The notes beneath the pieces are model-generated. The model was given only the letters and a program-made list of their open reading frames with translations, was not told the DNA's origin and made no database searches. DNA of 64,000 nucleotides from Nitrospirota bacterium (GTDB lineage Bacteria; Nitrospirota; UBA9217). Both the position numbers and the translations under genes were made by a program. This document shows, piece after piece, positions 45,037 to 56,089 of this stretch; positions within the stretch are counted from its first letter, which is position 1, and each line of letters begins with the position of its first letter. The stretch lies in assembly GCA_963737155.1 (NCBI GenBank), contig CAVTRN010000002.1, positions 2,976,001 to 3,040,000 of the forward strand, given 5' to 3'.

Positions 45037-45761
45037 AGGCTGTTACCCACGACCAAATCGCGCTTCGCGGTGCAGGCACAGTGAACATCACACAGCCTGA
45101 AAAAGGCGCCCGCTTCACGCTGGACAGCCTCCTTCTCGCAGATTTCTGCCGCATCAAAGCCCGGGACACCATTCTAGAACCAGGATCGGGTACAGGAATC
45201 ATATCCCTCCTTCTTGCAAAAAAGTTTCCCTGCGCCTCCATTGTTTCCGTCGAGGCGCAGACCTCCGTTGCTGATCTTTGCTCCCGAAATATATCGGACA
45301 ACGGCCTCGATGACCACATTAAACTGCTCAACCAGGACATCCGGGAGATGCAACACATCGTGAAACCCGCCTCCTTCGATGCCATTGTTGCTAATCCACC
45401 CTTCACGCGGACAGGAACCGGCAGACAAAGCCCCATTCCGGAAAGGCTGGCGTCACGTCATGACCGGATGGGGACAATACAGGCTTGGCTGGATCTCCGG
45501 ATTTTTCTCAGGAACACAGGTCGCTATTTCCTCGTCTTCCCTGCGGGCCGAGCAGCGGAAATTCTGTCTCTGCTGCACGAGGAAAAGTTGGAGCCTAAGC
45601 GTGTGCGGTTCGTCCATCCCCGGCAAAATAAGTCTGCTTCCCTTATCCTAATCGAAGCCATAAAATCAGCCGCCGCCGGCCTCGAAGTCCTACCACCGCT
45701 CATTGTACATGAAGCCAGAGGCTATTCCCAGGAGATGCTGCAAATCTACGACCTTTCTTAA
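45033..45761 (+). CDS. tRNA1(Val) A37 N6-methyltransferase-like SAM methyltransferase
   Basis: QPEKGARFTLDSLLLA, EPGSGTG and ANPPF motifs. Confidence 0.85.
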   Translation: MKAVTHDQIALRGAGTVNITQPEKGARFTLDSLLLADFCRIKARDTILEPGSGTGIISLLLAKKFPCASIVSVEAQTSVADLCSRNISDNGLDDHIKLLNQDIREMQHIVKPASFDAIVANPPFTRTGTGRQSPIPERLASRHDRMGTIQAWLDLRIFLRNTGRYFLVFPAGRAAEILSLLHEEKLEPKRVRFVHPRQNKSASLILIEAIKSAAAGLEVLPPLIVHEARGYSQEMLQIYDLS

Positions 45762-45921
45762 AGCCATCTTATTCTTGAATCTGCGCTTTTTCATAGCTCC
45801 TGCATCTCCTCCAACGAACTGTGATATAGTTATAATAGCTCATAAAACAGACGTTTCTCCCGTTCCGTTGAGAAACATATGGGGCGCGAGGGGAGAAAGG
45901 AATGACCGTAGGAGGTTCTCG

Positions 45922-47127
45922 ATGGCCGGAGATACATACCCTTATATAATAGTAGGAGCAGGTCTCGCAGGAACATCAGCCGTGGACGGCATCCGGGAGG
46001 AGGACAAAAATGGCGCCATTATGCTCATCGGCGCAGAAAGACACCTGCCCTATGATCGCCCGCCGCTTTCGAAAAAACTCTGGTTCGGCAAAAAGAAAGT
46101 CGAAGAGATATTTCTTCATGACCAGCGCTATTACGACCAGAACGGCGTTACCCTCGCCTCAGGCATTTCGGTGACTTCGATTGATACGAAGCAGAAGTCA
46201 ATTACAACACACGACGGGAACACCTACTTTTATCGAAAGCTCCTGCTCGCAACCGGCGGCATGCCTCGAACCCTACCTCTACCGGGAGGCGACTTGGAAG
46301 GCATTTTTTATTTTCGGACGCTCGACGATTACTTGAGGTTACGGCAGGAGTCATCAGCGGGGAAAACCGCCGTTGTAGTCGGCGGCGGATTCATCGGTTC
46401 GGAACTCGCCGCAGCCCTGACAATCAACAGAGTAAGTGTGACCATGATTTTCCCTGAGCCCGTCCTTGTGCGTCGGGTTTTCCCTGAGTCTCTGGGCAGA
46501 GCTATTCAGGATGATTACCTCAAGCGGGGCGTAACGCTTCTATCAGGAGAAAAACCCGCTTCCTTCAACAAAAAAGGAAACACTTTTATTACCCGCACTG
46601 AAAGCGGTAAGAAGATCGAATCGGACATGTTGATTGTGGGCATTGGAATTGCGCTTTCCCTTGGGTTGCCACGCAACGCCGGCCTGCAGACTGCCAATGG
46701 AATCATCGTGGACGAATATCTTCAAGCATCGATGCCTGATATCTACGCGGCCGGGGACAATGCTCTCTTTCCCTACCAGGCGCTAGGAAAACAAACGCGC
46801 GTTGAACATTGGGACAATGCCCTAAACCAGGGAAAGTGGGCGGGGAGAAACATGGCCGGCGCCGGCGAGCCTTATACGCACATGCCCTACTTTTTCTCGG
46901 ATCTTTTCGATTTCGGATACGAGGCTGTGGGGGAAGTCGACTCGCAGCTCGAAACCTTCGCAGATTGGCAGAAGGAAAATGAGAAAGGTGTGATTTACTA
47001 CCTCAGGGACAGCAAGGTCAGGGGTGCGATGATGTGTAATGTATGGGATAAAGTCGAGGCTGCACGCACGCTGATTCGGGCCGACCAACACGTAACAAAG
47101 GAAGGATTGCGTGGGATAATCCGGTAA
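45922..47127 (+). CDS. FAD-dependent NAD(P)H oxidoreductase (ferredoxin reductase/AIF-like)
   Basis: GAGLAG, PYDRPPLSK, LATGG, GGGFIG, YAAGD, RVEHW, PYFFSD; GGAGG RBS. Confidence 0.9.
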   Translation: MAGDTYPYIIVGAGLAGTSAVDGIREEDKNGAIMLIGAERHLPYDRPPLSKKLWFGKKKVEEIFLHDQRYYDQNGVTLASGISVTSIDTKQKSITTHDGNTYFYRKLLLATGGMPRTLPLPGGDLEGIFYFRTLDDYLRLRQESSAGKTAVVVGGGFIGSELAAALTINRVSVTMIFPEPVLVRRVFPESLGRAIQDDYLKRGVTLLSGEKPASFNKKGNTFITRTESGKKIESDMLIVGIGIALSLGLPRNAGLQTANGIIVDEYLQASMPDIYAAGDNALFPYQALGKQTRVEHWDNALNQGKWAGRNMAGAGEPYTHMPYFFSDLFDFGYEAVGEVDSQLETFADWQKENEKGVIYYLRDSKVRGAMMCNVWDKVEAARTLIRADQHVTKEGLRGIIR

Positions 47128-47232
47128 AAACAAGCATCACCGATGAACGCAGGAATATACCATAACTATTTTTTCAATATTGATCCGTGGTCATCGGTAA
47201 TTATCAAGGGTTTCAATTCTCAGGAGGCTACC

Positions 47233-47580
47233 ATGAAACTCGCACTGCAAACATCACAACCCATAACAAAAAACACCCCTCCCCTTTCACGGCAGGACGT
47301 TGTGTTGCTCCTTCGTGAAATTCCCGAATGGTCGCTGGGAGAACGGACAATCGGAAGAGAATTTCTTTTCAAGGATTTCAGGACCGCCATGGACTTCGTA
47401 AACAGCGTCGCCCAGATTGCGAACAAGCAGGATCATCACCCCGACGTGTTCATTTCGTACAACAAGGTACAGCTAACCCTGTCAACGCATAAGATTGGCG
47501 GTTTGACGCTGAACGATTTTATCGTGGCTGCGAAAATTGACGCTCATTCCAACCAGCCGCGAATTAAGAAGGCTGCGTGA
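47233..47580 (+). CDS. phhB: Pterin-4-alpha-carbinolamine dehydratase (PCD/PhhB)
   Basis: FKDFRTAMDFVN, DHHPD and STHKIGGLTLND motifs; AGGAGG RBS. Confidence 0.9.
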   Translation: MKLALQTSQPITKNTPPLSRQDVVLLLREIPEWSLGERTIGREFLFKDFRTAMDFVNSVAQIANKQDHHPDVFISYNKVQLTLSTHKIGGLTLNDFIVAAKIDAHSNQPRIKKAA

Positions 47581-48362
47581 CGAGCCATATCACCCACAGG
47601 GGCATCGATAAACCGATGGGGAAAGTCGCGCTTATTACCGGCGCAAGCAAGCGCATTGGCCGCGCAATCGCGATGGCTCTAGCGGAAGAGGGTGTAGGCA
47701 TCGTAGCCCATGACCGAGGAGCCCTGGAGACGGAGATTGAAAATATCTGTGAGGAAGTAGCTGACTGCGGTGCGAAGTCGTGGAAAGTCATGGCGGATTT
47801 GGAGAAGCCTCAAGAGTATGAGTCTCTGATCGCGCGGTCGATCAAGACAGCGGGATCGCTCGACATCCTCATAAACAATGCGGCGATCTTTCTACCCAGT
47901 ACGATAGTAGACGTAGGCTTTGATGACGTAAGACGGCATCTGCAAGTGAACGCTTGGGCACCCTTTGTTTTAAGCCGCGAATTCGCAAGGCTTGCGGGGC
48001 GCGGTAAAATCATAAACCTGCTTGACACAAGGATTGCCGGCTATGACCGGGAGCACACGGCATACGTTCTAAGCAAACAAATGCTCGCAACAATGACTAG
48101 AATGTGCGCGCTGGAATTCGCACCGGCAATCACAGTAAACGGCATTGCTCCCGGCTTGATCCTCCCCCCCGCAGAAAAGGATGAGGGTTATCTTGACCGG
48201 CTTGCGCAGACTGTACCGCTCAGGAAGCACGGCGAACCCGGCGATGTCACCAGCGCAGTGCTCTATCTGCTCAGAAGTGACTTCATCACGGGCCAGATAA
48301 TTTATATCGATGGCGGCCGGCATTTACTGGAGGACGGCAATGGACCGGATTCTGATAAGTGA
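47577..48362 (+). CDS. folM: Pteridine reductase-type SDR (FolM/PTR1-like)
   Basis: TGASKRIG (TGxxxRIG), NNAAIF, YVLSK, VNGIAPG; located in the fol cluster; alternative start at 47616. Confidence 0.8.
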   Translation: MTSHITHRGIDKPMGKVALITGASKRIGRAIAMALAEEGVGIVAHDRGALETEIENICEEVADCGAKSWKVMADLEKPQEYESLIARSIKTAGSLDILINNAAIFLPSTIVDVGFDDVRRHLQVNAWAPFVLSREFARLAGRGKIINLLDTRIAGYDREHTAYVLSKQMLATMTRMCALEFAPAITVNGIAPGLILPPAEKDEGYLDRLAQTVPLRKHGEPGDVTSAVLYLLRSDFITGQIIYIDGGRHLLEDGNGPDSDK

Positions 48363-48705
48363 TCTTCTGGTACGGTGTATTATCGGGATCGGCGAGGAAG
48401 AGCGGCGCGAAAGGCAGGATATCGTGATAAACTTGTCCCTTTCAACAGATTTAAGCAAAGCGGCAAGAAGCGACAATCTTGATGACGCTGTGGACTACCG
48501 GGAATTGAAAAAGCGGATTGTGAATATGGCTGAGCTATCGAGTTACCGCCTCGTAGAAGCCTTGGCCCAGGCTATTGCCGATATCTGCCTCGTCCATCCG
48601 GCCATATCGCAGGTTCAAGTTCGCGTGGAAAAACCCGGTGCCCTACGATTCGCCAGGACCGTGGGCGTGGAAATCACGCGGAACCAGAGTAAGAAGGAGT
48701 TATGA
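48340..48705 (+). CDS. folB: Dihydroneopterin aldolase (FolB/FolX family)
   Basis: IIGIGEEER, AVDY, LVEALA and VEKPGAL motifs. Confidence 0.88.
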   Translation: MDRILISDLLVRCIIGIGEEERRERQDIVINLSLSTDLSKAARSDNLDDAVDYRELKKRIVNMAELSSYRLVEALAQAIADICLVHPAISQVQVRVEKPGALRFARTVGVEITRNQSKKEL

Positions 48706-49265
48706 TCCGAGCGTTCATAAGCGTGGGGTCCAACATCAAACCCGCGACCAACACCGAGCAGGCGATCCACATGCTCGCCAACGAAACACAAATAACTGGC
48801 ATATCGATGGTGTATCTCACGGCGGCCGAAGGCAGACCCGGGCAGCCGTCTTACTATAATTGCGTGGTCGAAATCGAAACAGATTTGCCGCCCACTGTAT
48901 TGAAGAATCAGGTTCTCCGCGATATCGAGGCAAAGCTAGGACGCGTCCGGACCGAAGACAAATTCGCCGCTAGGACAATCGACCTCGACCTGATTCTCTA
49001 CGGGGAACTTGTTATGACCTCCGACGACCTTACGCTCCCGGATCCCAATATCCTTCGCAGGCCGTTTTTAGCGATCCCGCTGCGAGAGCTCATTGCGGGA
49101 TCGATCCTGCCGGGATCCGACCTCCGCATCGACGACATTGCCGAGAGTCTCGTGGGAAGCCCGATGAAACCGCTCGCAAGCTACACCAAGCAAATCCGAA
49201 AGGACCTTCTCCATGGTCGAAAACAAGGAACGAGTCGAGAAGCTGGTACGAGAGTTACTGGTTGA
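48702..49265 (+). CDS. folK: 6-hydroxymethyl-7,8-dihydropterin pyrophosphokinase
   Basis: ISVGSN, YYNCV and [11 protein letters not shown] motifs. Confidence 0.92.
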   Translation: MIRAFISVGSNIKPATNTEQAIHMLANETQITGISMVYLTAAEGRPGQPSYYNCVVEIETDLPPTVLKNQVLRDIEAKLGRVRTEDKFAARTIDLDLILYGELVMTSDDLTLPDPNILRRPFLAIPLRELIAGSILPGSDLRIDDIAESLVGSPMKPLASYTKQIRKDLLHGRKQGTSREAGTRVTG

Positions 49266-49791
49266 GTTGGGCGAGGACCCCGACAGAGAAGGCCTAGTCA
49301 AAACTCCGAAGCGCGTAGCCGAAGCCCTCGCCTATCTGACGTCTGGGTATCACGCCGATATCCAGCGGCTGATCAACGAGGCCATATTCGAGCAGAAAAC
49401 GACTAGCATGGTCGTGGTCAAGGACATTGAAGTCTACAGCCTCTGCGAGCATCATATGCTTCCGTTCTATGGTCGCTGCCACATCGGCTACATCCCCCGG
49501 GGTCGGGTATTTGGCATTAGCAAGCTAGCCCGTCTCGTCGACATGTATGCACGACGGCTCCAAATCCAGGAGCGGCTGACGGAGCAGATTGCCTATGCGA
49601 TCAAGGACTCCATTAATGCCGATGGTGTCGGCGTGATGATCGAAGCGCGCCACCTGTGCATGATGATGCGTGGCGTCGAAAAACAGAATTCGATGTTCGT
49701 GACTTCGTCAGTGCTCGGGGTTTTTCGATCCATCCCGGCGACAAGAGAGGAATTCTTGTCGATCATCAACAGGCCGAGAACGGACATTTAA
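49213..49791 (+). CDS. folE: GTP cyclohydrolase I
   Basis: [27 protein letters not shown] and HLCMMMRG motifs. Confidence 0.97.
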   Translation: MVENKERVEKLVRELLVELGEDPDREGLVKTPKRVAEALAYLTSGYHADIQRLINEAIFEQKTTSMVVVKDIEVYSLCEHHMLPFYGRCHIGYIPRGRVFGISKLARLVDMYARRLQIQERLTEQIAYAIKDSINADGVGVMIEARHLCMMMRGVEKQNSMFVTSSVLGVFRSIPATREEFLSIINRPRTDI

Positions 49792-50114
49792 TTTCGATAA
49801 GCCATTGAAGGGCGAATAAAAATCTCAGCGCGGGACGGTCAAAGGAATCGATTTTTTCGGGCAGCGAGTCATAGGGCCCCCTTCGAAATCCCCAGCGACC
49901 GCAAAATGCAGCTTCGGGCGTGTTCGAACTTGTTAGTAGACAATGCTCACTTGGACGCTGCCCACAGCTGAATCGTCCGTTCTTTTTTTGCTTAAAAACA
50001 GTCCGAAACAACACTTCGATTTGACCCGATTCGGCGTCCTTTACGCCTGGAATACATCAGAGTCAGGGCAATTGAGGACTCAACAGAACATTCAACCCAG
50101 TCGGGCAGCCAGCA

Positions 50115-50588
50115 TCATCGTCCGGATTCCCGTTTCGTTCTGAGGAGGTGCTTTTCGATCATTCGTTTGATTGCTTCTCTGAGTTCATCGTCTCCAACCG
50201 CATGAACGGACTGATCGATCATTTTCCTTTCCTCTCGAGTAATAACCTCAGGAAACTGCTCCCTCTCAGGCAACTGTGCAGGTAACGATGCGATCTCACC
50301 GAGCTTGAGCGTGATGTCCCGAACTGTATCGGCACCCAGGTTGCTGTTCAGTTTCCCGATAATTTCCGGCTTCATCAGCGAGAGCTGCTGCATCCACGCC
50401 GGGCTGTCCACGATCAACAAAAGCCTGCCCCCGCGAAGCGTACGCGGTTGTGCATGCTGGGCAATTGCCGGACCCACCGTGCTGGCCCACCGACTTGAAA
50501 TGCGATACTCGGGAAGCCGGCTTTGCATGCCACGCTCTTTGAGGATCTTATAGATGGTTGCCGAAAGTTTATCGATCTTCCGCGCCAT
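50115..50588 (-). CDS. DUF721/DciA family protein
   Basis: W...VGPAIAQHAQP..L...VDSPAWMQQL pattern. Confidence 0.85.
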   Translation of the reverse strand: MARKIDKLSATIYKILKERGMQSRLPEYRISSRWASTVGPAIAQHAQPRTLRGGRLLLIVDSPAWMQQLSLMKPEIIGKLNSNLGADTVRDITLKLGEIASLPAQLPEREQFPEVITREERKMIDQSVHAVGDDELREAIKRMIEKHLLRTKRESGR

Positions 50589-51108
50589 GGTTACACATAG
50601 CCCCTCAGAAAATGTGAATAATTGGTTTTGAACATGTGCTGTTATTGCCTAATCGATGACTGACGGCCAGTATGCTACCGTCCGTCGCCGATAGTAAACA
50701 TCACGTAGATTCACTCCATGTTTAAACATCAAAGATGTTTTTTATTACCGTCCACACCCATCTTTTCAGACTCTTTTCGCGATTGTTTTCTATACGCTCG
50801 ACCGTCGGTACCTCCTGGTAGTCGCATGCCGTCTAGTTACACCCACGATAATCCCCGCGACCGCATCCGTCGATTTTTGCACCTTGTGACCGGGTGAATA
50901 CCCTCCGTTGCCTTCTTTCATGATCTTGCATTCCGGATTGTTTTCATTCACATGGGCTTCAGCCTTTATCGCGATTCACTGTTCCTTGGTTCATTCCCTG
51001 CGGCGTGTAACATCATAACATATCAAGAGTTGTTTTGACAACCGGGAATGAGATGGATATAATAGTAAAATCCGCTGTGGTGAAATGACGCGGAGTCAGG
51101 AGCGAACA

Positions 51109-52104
51109 ATGCCAGAATTACGGAAAGACCCCATAACGGGTCGGTGGGTCATCATTTCATCTGAACGGGGCAAACGGCCGAACGAATTTCTGGACCAGCG
51201 CAACAAAAAAAGGACAGGGTTCTGCCCTTTCTGCGCAGGCAATGAACGAACCACGCCGCACGAAATCCTTGCTTATCGGGACAGCGGACAACCCGACGGG
51301 CCGGGCTGGCGGTTGCGGACCGTACCAAATAAATTTCCCGCTCTCCAAATCGAGGGGGACCTGGACAAGCAGGGCGAAGGCATTTTCGACAAGATGAACG
51401 GAATCGGCGCCCATGAAGTCATCATCGAAAGTCCTGACCACAGTGCGACCCTCTCCACGCTGCCGGCGAAAGCCATGGAGGATGTGCTCTGGGCTTATCG
51501 AGACCGCATGGAGGACCTGAAAAGGGACAAACGATTCCAATATACTCTGATCTTCAAGAACGAAGGCCTTATCGCGGGCGCTACGCTCGAGCACACCCAT
51601 TCGCAGCTCATCGCCCTGCCTATCGTGCCGATACAGGTGCAGGAGGAGATCGAGGGCGCCAAGCGGCATTACAAACTCAAGGAGCGCTGCATTTACTGCG
51701 ATATCATCAGGCAAGAGATGCAGAGTGCGATGCGAGTCATCCTCGAAACGCAGCTCTTCATCGCCCTAGCCCCCTATGCGCCGCGGTTCCCCTTCGAGAC
51801 GTGGATCCTTCCCAAAAAGCACCTTTCCTGTTATTCTTGTTCCACGAATGATGACTTTCGGGACCTCGCCGGAGTCCTGCAGAACATCCTGCGCAGGATC
51901 GACCGGGCACTTTCGAACCCGCCCTACAATTATGTTATCCATACCTCCCCGTTCCGCGACGAGAATAATGACTACTATCACTGGCACATCGAGCTGATGC
52001 CCAAGCTTACAAATGTTGCCGGTTTTGAGCGAGGATCGGGATTCTATATTAATCCCACGCCGCCCGAAGATGCCGCCAAGTTTCTTCGAGAAATCAAACT
52101 ATGA
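51109..52104 (+). CDS. galT: Galactose-1-phosphate uridylyltransferase family (GalT)
   Basis: ELRKDP, CPFC, VPNKFP, AGATLEHTHSQ and HWHIE motifs. Confidence 0.92.
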   Translation: MPELRKDPITGRWVIISSERGKRPNEFLDQRNKKRTGFCPFCAGNERTTPHEILAYRDSGQPDGPGWRLRTVPNKFPALQIEGDLDKQGEGIFDKMNGIGAHEVIIESPDHSATLSTLPAKAMEDVLWAYRDRMEDLKRDKRFQYTLIFKNEGLIAGATLEHTHSQLIALPIVPIQVQEEIEGAKRHYKLKERCIYCDIIRQEMQSAMRVILETQLFIALAPYAPRFPFETWILPKKHLSCYSCSTNDDFRDLAGVLQNILRRIDRALSNPPYNYVIHTSPFRDENNDYYHWHIELMPKLTNVAGFERGSGFYINPTPPEDAAKFLREIKL

Positions 52105-53582
52105 AGATTCTTTTTGCGGCTTCGGAAGCCACCCCCTTCGCGAAAACTGGCGGCCTCGCCGACGTCGCCGGGAGCCTTCCGCCCGCTCTTGCAGCGCTCG
52201 GTCATGACATCAGCGTCGTTCTGCCCCGCTACCGGCAGGTGGACGTCGCCCGGTACAAACTCAAACCTGTTGCCTCCTTCTTCGTCCCGATCGGCGCCTG
52301 GCAGGAACGCTGCGAGGTGCTCAAAGGTGCTACCAGTGGCGGGGTAACAGTCTATTTTATCAGCAAGGATATTTACTTCGACCGACCCGAGCTTTACGGG
52401 ACGGGGCGGGCGGATTATTCCGACAACGCAGAGCGTTTCATTTTTTTTTCGCGAGCCGTTCTCGAATTGTGCATTGCCTTGGACTTGCGGTTCGAAATCG
52501 TGCACTGCAATGACTGGCAGACCGGCCTCGTTCCGCTCTACTTGAAGCAAGTCTACTGGAGGTCCGAAACGCTGCGCCGGACGCGATCGATATTCACGAT
52601 CCACAATCTCGGGTACCAAGGTCTGTTTCGGCACGAGGATATGCGCCTTACCAACCTTACTTGGGACGTCTTTACGCCTGAAGGTTTTGAGTTTTGGGGC
52701 AAAATGAATTTTTTAAAAGCGGGTCTCGTTTATGCCGACCTGATTACGACAGTGAGTAGAACCTACAGCCGGGAAATTCAGACACCGGAATATGGCTCCG
52801 GACTCGAAGGTGTGCTCAGAAACCGCTCTGCCGATCTTTTCGGGATAATGAATGGCATCGACTATGCCGAGTGGGACCCTTCGCGCAACCATATCATACC
52901 CCAGGCTTTCAGCGCATCTCGGCTCGCCGGGAAGACGGTCTGCAGAAAAAAGATCCTCGCGCGGCTCGGCATGCCCGATTCCGATAGCCCGGTCGTTGGC
53001 ATGGTCACACGCCTCGTTGACCAGAAGGGGCTTGATATCGTGACGGAAGCACTGCCGGAAATCATGTCCATGGGAATACAGCTCATTATCCTGGGTACGG
53101 GCGACGAAAAATATCATCTCATCCTGAGCGACGCTGCAAGCCGTTACCCCGGTAGGATGCGCGTGCTGCTGCAATACAACGACAGTCTTGCGAAGAGCAT
53201 CTATGCGGGCTGCGACATGTTCCTGATGCCATCGCGGTACGAGCCTTGTGGACTCGGGCAGATGATTGCCCTCCGGTATGGGGCTGTTCCACTCGTGCGC
53301 AAAACCGGTGGGCTTGCGGATACGGTCGTGGATTATTCCGTGAAAACCAGCCGCGGAACAGGCTTTGTCTTTGAAGAATATTCGTCGTCCGCGCTCGTTG
53401 AATGCTTACGGCGAGCGATCAAGGTCTTCAGCAGTGGGATAAAATGGAAGCAAATCATGCAAGCCGGCATGAAGCAGGACCTGTCCTGGGAGCGATCCGC
53501 AAAAGAATACGTAAAGGTGTATAAAAAAGCAATGAGAAAAATTGAGGGTCACGGGTCATCGGGCACGCAGCAAGTCAAGTAA
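52101..53582 (+). CDS. glgA: Glycogen synthase
   Basis: KTGGLADV, HCNDWQ, TIHNLGYQG and PSRYEPCGL motifs. Confidence 0.96.
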   Translation: MKILFAASEATPFAKTGGLADVAGSLPPALAALGHDISVVLPRYRQVDVARYKLKPVASFFVPIGAWQERCEVLKGATSGGVTVYFISKDIYFDRPELYGTGRADYSDNAERFIFFSRAVLELCIALDLRFEIVHCNDWQTGLVPLYLKQVYWRSETLRRTRSIFTIHNLGYQGLFRHEDMRLTNLTWDVFTPEGFEFWGKMNFLKAGLVYADLITTVSRTYSREIQTPEYGSGLEGVLRNRSADLFGIMNGIDYAEWDPSRNHIIPQAFSASRLAGKTVCRKKILARLGMPDSDSPVVGMVTRLVDQKGLDIVTEALPEIMSMGIQLIILGTGDEKYHLILSDAASRYPGRMRVLLQYNDSLAKSIYAGCDMFLMPSRYEPCGLGQMIALRYGAVPLVRKTGGLADTVVDYSVKTSRGTGFVFEEYSSSALVECLRRAIKVFSSGIKWKQIMQAGMKQDLSWERSAKEYVKVYKKAMRKIEGHGSSGTQQVK

Positions 53583-53617
53583 AAACCTTGGCGAATGCTT
53601 CTTGACCTTATTCAACC

Positions 53618-56002
53618 ATGGAAGCGCTCGAAAAAGCAGGGCTCAGCATCCTGAGCGATATCAGCCGCATATCGAATTCCACCATCGATCTCACCGAGAA
53701 GCTCCGGCGCATCGAGGAAGTCGTTGTCCGGGGAATGGTCAAGGACGGCGCATCCGTTTTTCTGGTTGACCCGTCCGGAAAAACGGTCACGCTCACCTCG
53801 GCAATCGGCCTGAACCAGGAATCGGTGGGCAGGATGAGCTTTCCCCTTGGCATGGGGATCGCGGGATGGGTGGCGGAGCAGAAGGTGCCACTTGCACTCG
53901 AAGACCCCTACTCCGACCCGCGGTTCGTGTATGTGCCCGAATCGGGCATCGAAAAATTCAAGTCCATTGTGGCCGCGCCCATCATGGATGAAGACCGCTG
54001 CCTCGGCGTGATCTTCGTGCTCTCTCTGTCGGCGTGGCAGGCCACATCGTCGGAGCTGACGCTCCTTACGACCACGGCAAACGAAATCGCAGGGGTGATC
54101 AAAAGCGCCCAGCTGATTCGGAACATCCAGGACCGCCTATCCGATCTTTCTACTATCTATGAAATCGGAATGGCGCTCACCTCCACGCTCGACCTAGAGC
54201 AGCTTCTGTCGCTCATCGCTAAGAACAGTGTTCAGTCTTTACGGGCCCAGGGTTGCACCATCCGGCTTATGAACATCCCTGAAATTCCTTCCAGCAAGAC
54301 GTTCGCATCGTATAATATCGCGGGCAATGTGATTATGGATATCGATGCACGAATCGGACAGGCCGTAACCGACCGAGTAGCGGGGGAAAAACGTCCGATT
54401 CTGATCAAAAACGCGCATCAGGATGCCGCTCTCTGCGAACAGCTTTCTGCCGTCGCCTGCTCTCTCATCAGCATCCCCCTGCTTTTCCGTGAAAAGGTTA
54501 TCGGAATTATCACAGTATACACTACGGATGAAAACCGGCCCTTCAAGGAGGACGACCTACAATTCCTGACCACCGTGGCCAGCGGCGCAACGGTGGCCAT
54601 CGAAAACGCGGCCATGTATGAGCGCATGGAATCCCTTGCAATAGAGGCGCGAACCCGTGCTCAGGAACTTGCCATTCTTAACGACATAGGCACGGCCATG
54701 AGCACCACGCTCAACCTCGACCGGCTTCTCAGAATCATTCTTACGGCAGCCACCATGGGAGGCAGCGGCCTAGGATTCAACCGCGCAATCCTTCTGCTCA
54801 CAAACGAGCGGACCGACATGCTGCAAGGAATGATGGGCGTCGGGCCAGCGAGCTGGGATGAGGCTGGCCGGGCCTGGAGCGAGGTGTCAAGCAAGCATCA
54901 GAGCCTCATGGAATGGATCCAAACCGGTGAGCTTTTCGAACACCGTGAGTCTGCGCTCAACACACTCGCGCGAAGTATCAGGGTCTCACTGGACCCGGCT
55001 GAAGGGGTCTTGGCACTTACGGTTCTGGACAAGCAGCCCCACAATATCACAAATGCCGCCTCGGACCCACTCGTCCGCCGTGAGTTGCGCGACATACTCG
55101 CAGTGAACAGCTTCGCCACGGTCCCGCTTATCGCAAAGGACCGCGTCATCGGCGTCATCCTCGTCGACAACATGTTCAATCAGCGGCCTATCACGAATGG
55201 AGATATCCGCTTCCTCACTATGTTTGCGCACCAAGCGGCCCTTGCTATTGAAAATGCCATCATCCATACGAACCTCGCAACCATGAATAAGGAAATGCGC
55301 GCCTTGCACGAGCAACTCGTTCAATCCGAAAAAATGGCCGCTCTCGGCGCAATGATGGCTGAGATAACTCATGAGATCAGAAACCCCTTGGTCTCGATCG
55401 GCGGTTTCACGCGAAGACTCGCAAAAAAGCTGCAGAATAGCGAGGAAAAAAAATATATCGATATCATCCTGAGCGAGGTCACCCGACTCGAAGGGATCAT
55501 CCATGACAATCTGACCTATATTAAAGAGGTGGCCCCACAGCCGGCCAAGACGGACATTTCTGCCCTCATCCGGGAAATCCTCATGCTCTACGAGGACGAG
55601 ATAGCTCTGCGGCATATCAACGTGGAAACGGATTTTGCTCCGGCACTCCCAGAGCTAATGATTGATGCCACTCAGATCAAGCAGGCCGCCATCAACATCC
55701 TGAAAAATGCCATGGAAGCCATGGAAAACGGCGGCACTCTGACCGTCAGGACTTATCCGTCCGACGCAACAAAGGAAGCCTCGATCGAATTTGGAGACAC
55801 GGGGCCGGGCGTATCCTCGAAAGCCATGCACAATGTCTTTAATCCCTATTACACCACGAAGACACGCGGTACGGGGCTGGGGCTTCCTATCACGAACCGG
55901 ATCATTAAAGCGCACCGGGGCAGGATCGAGCTGCGGAACAAGGACACCGGAGGGGCGGTCTTTACCATCAAGCTGCCCTACGGCGATTGGAGAGAAAAAT
56001 AG
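53618..56002 (+). CDS. Cytoplasmic multi-GAF sensor histidine kinase
   Basis: Three GAF domains; THEIRNPL H-box; N, D/G and G boxes (DTGPG, GTGLGL); no TM helices. Confidence 0.93.
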   Translation: MEALEKAGLSILSDISRISNSTIDLTEKLRRIEEVVVRGMVKDGASVFLVDPSGKTVTLTSAIGLNQESVGRMSFPLGMGIAGWVAEQKVPLALEDPYSDPRFVYVPESGIEKFKSIVAAPIMDEDRCLGVIFVLSLSAWQATSSELTLLTTTANEIAGVIKSAQLIRNIQDRLSDLSTIYEIGMALTSTLDLEQLLSLIAKNSVQSLRAQGCTIRLMNIPEIPSSKTFASYNIAGNVIMDIDARIGQAVTDRVAGEKRPILIKNAHQDAALCEQLSAVACSLISIPLLFREKVIGIITVYTTDENRPFKEDDLQFLTTVASGATVAIENAAMYERMESLAIEARTRAQELAILNDIGTAMSTTLNLDRLLRIILTAATMGGSGLGFNRAILLLTNERTDMLQGMMGVGPASWDEAGRAWSEVSSKHQSLMEWIQTGELFEHRESALNTLARSIRVSLDPAEGVLALTVLDKQPHNITNAASDPLVRRELRDILAVNSFATVPLIAKDRVIGVILVDNMFNQRPITNGDIRFLTMFAHQAALAIENAIIHTNLATMNKEMRALHEQLVQSEKMAALGAMMAEITHEIRNPLVSIGGFTRRLAKKLQNSEEKKYIDIILSEVTRLEGIIHDNLTYIKEVAPQPAKTDISALIREILMLYEDEIALRHINVETDFAPALPELMIDATQIKQAAINILKNAMEAMENGGTLTVRTYPSDATKEASIEFGDTGPGVSSKAMHNVFNPYYTTKTRGTGLGLPITNRIIKAHRGRIELRNKDTGGAVFTIKLPYGDWREK

Positions 56003-56089
56003 CCGGCGTAATTCGATGTTTTTTCCTTATCCATAGCGGATTTCAGAAGCGGGACTATAAAGAATGGAGTTATCTACAAGGAGGCACTG

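Noticed and set aside
50600-51050. Possible gene between the DUF721 gene and galT
   Set aside because: Only short ORFs with no recognisable motif.
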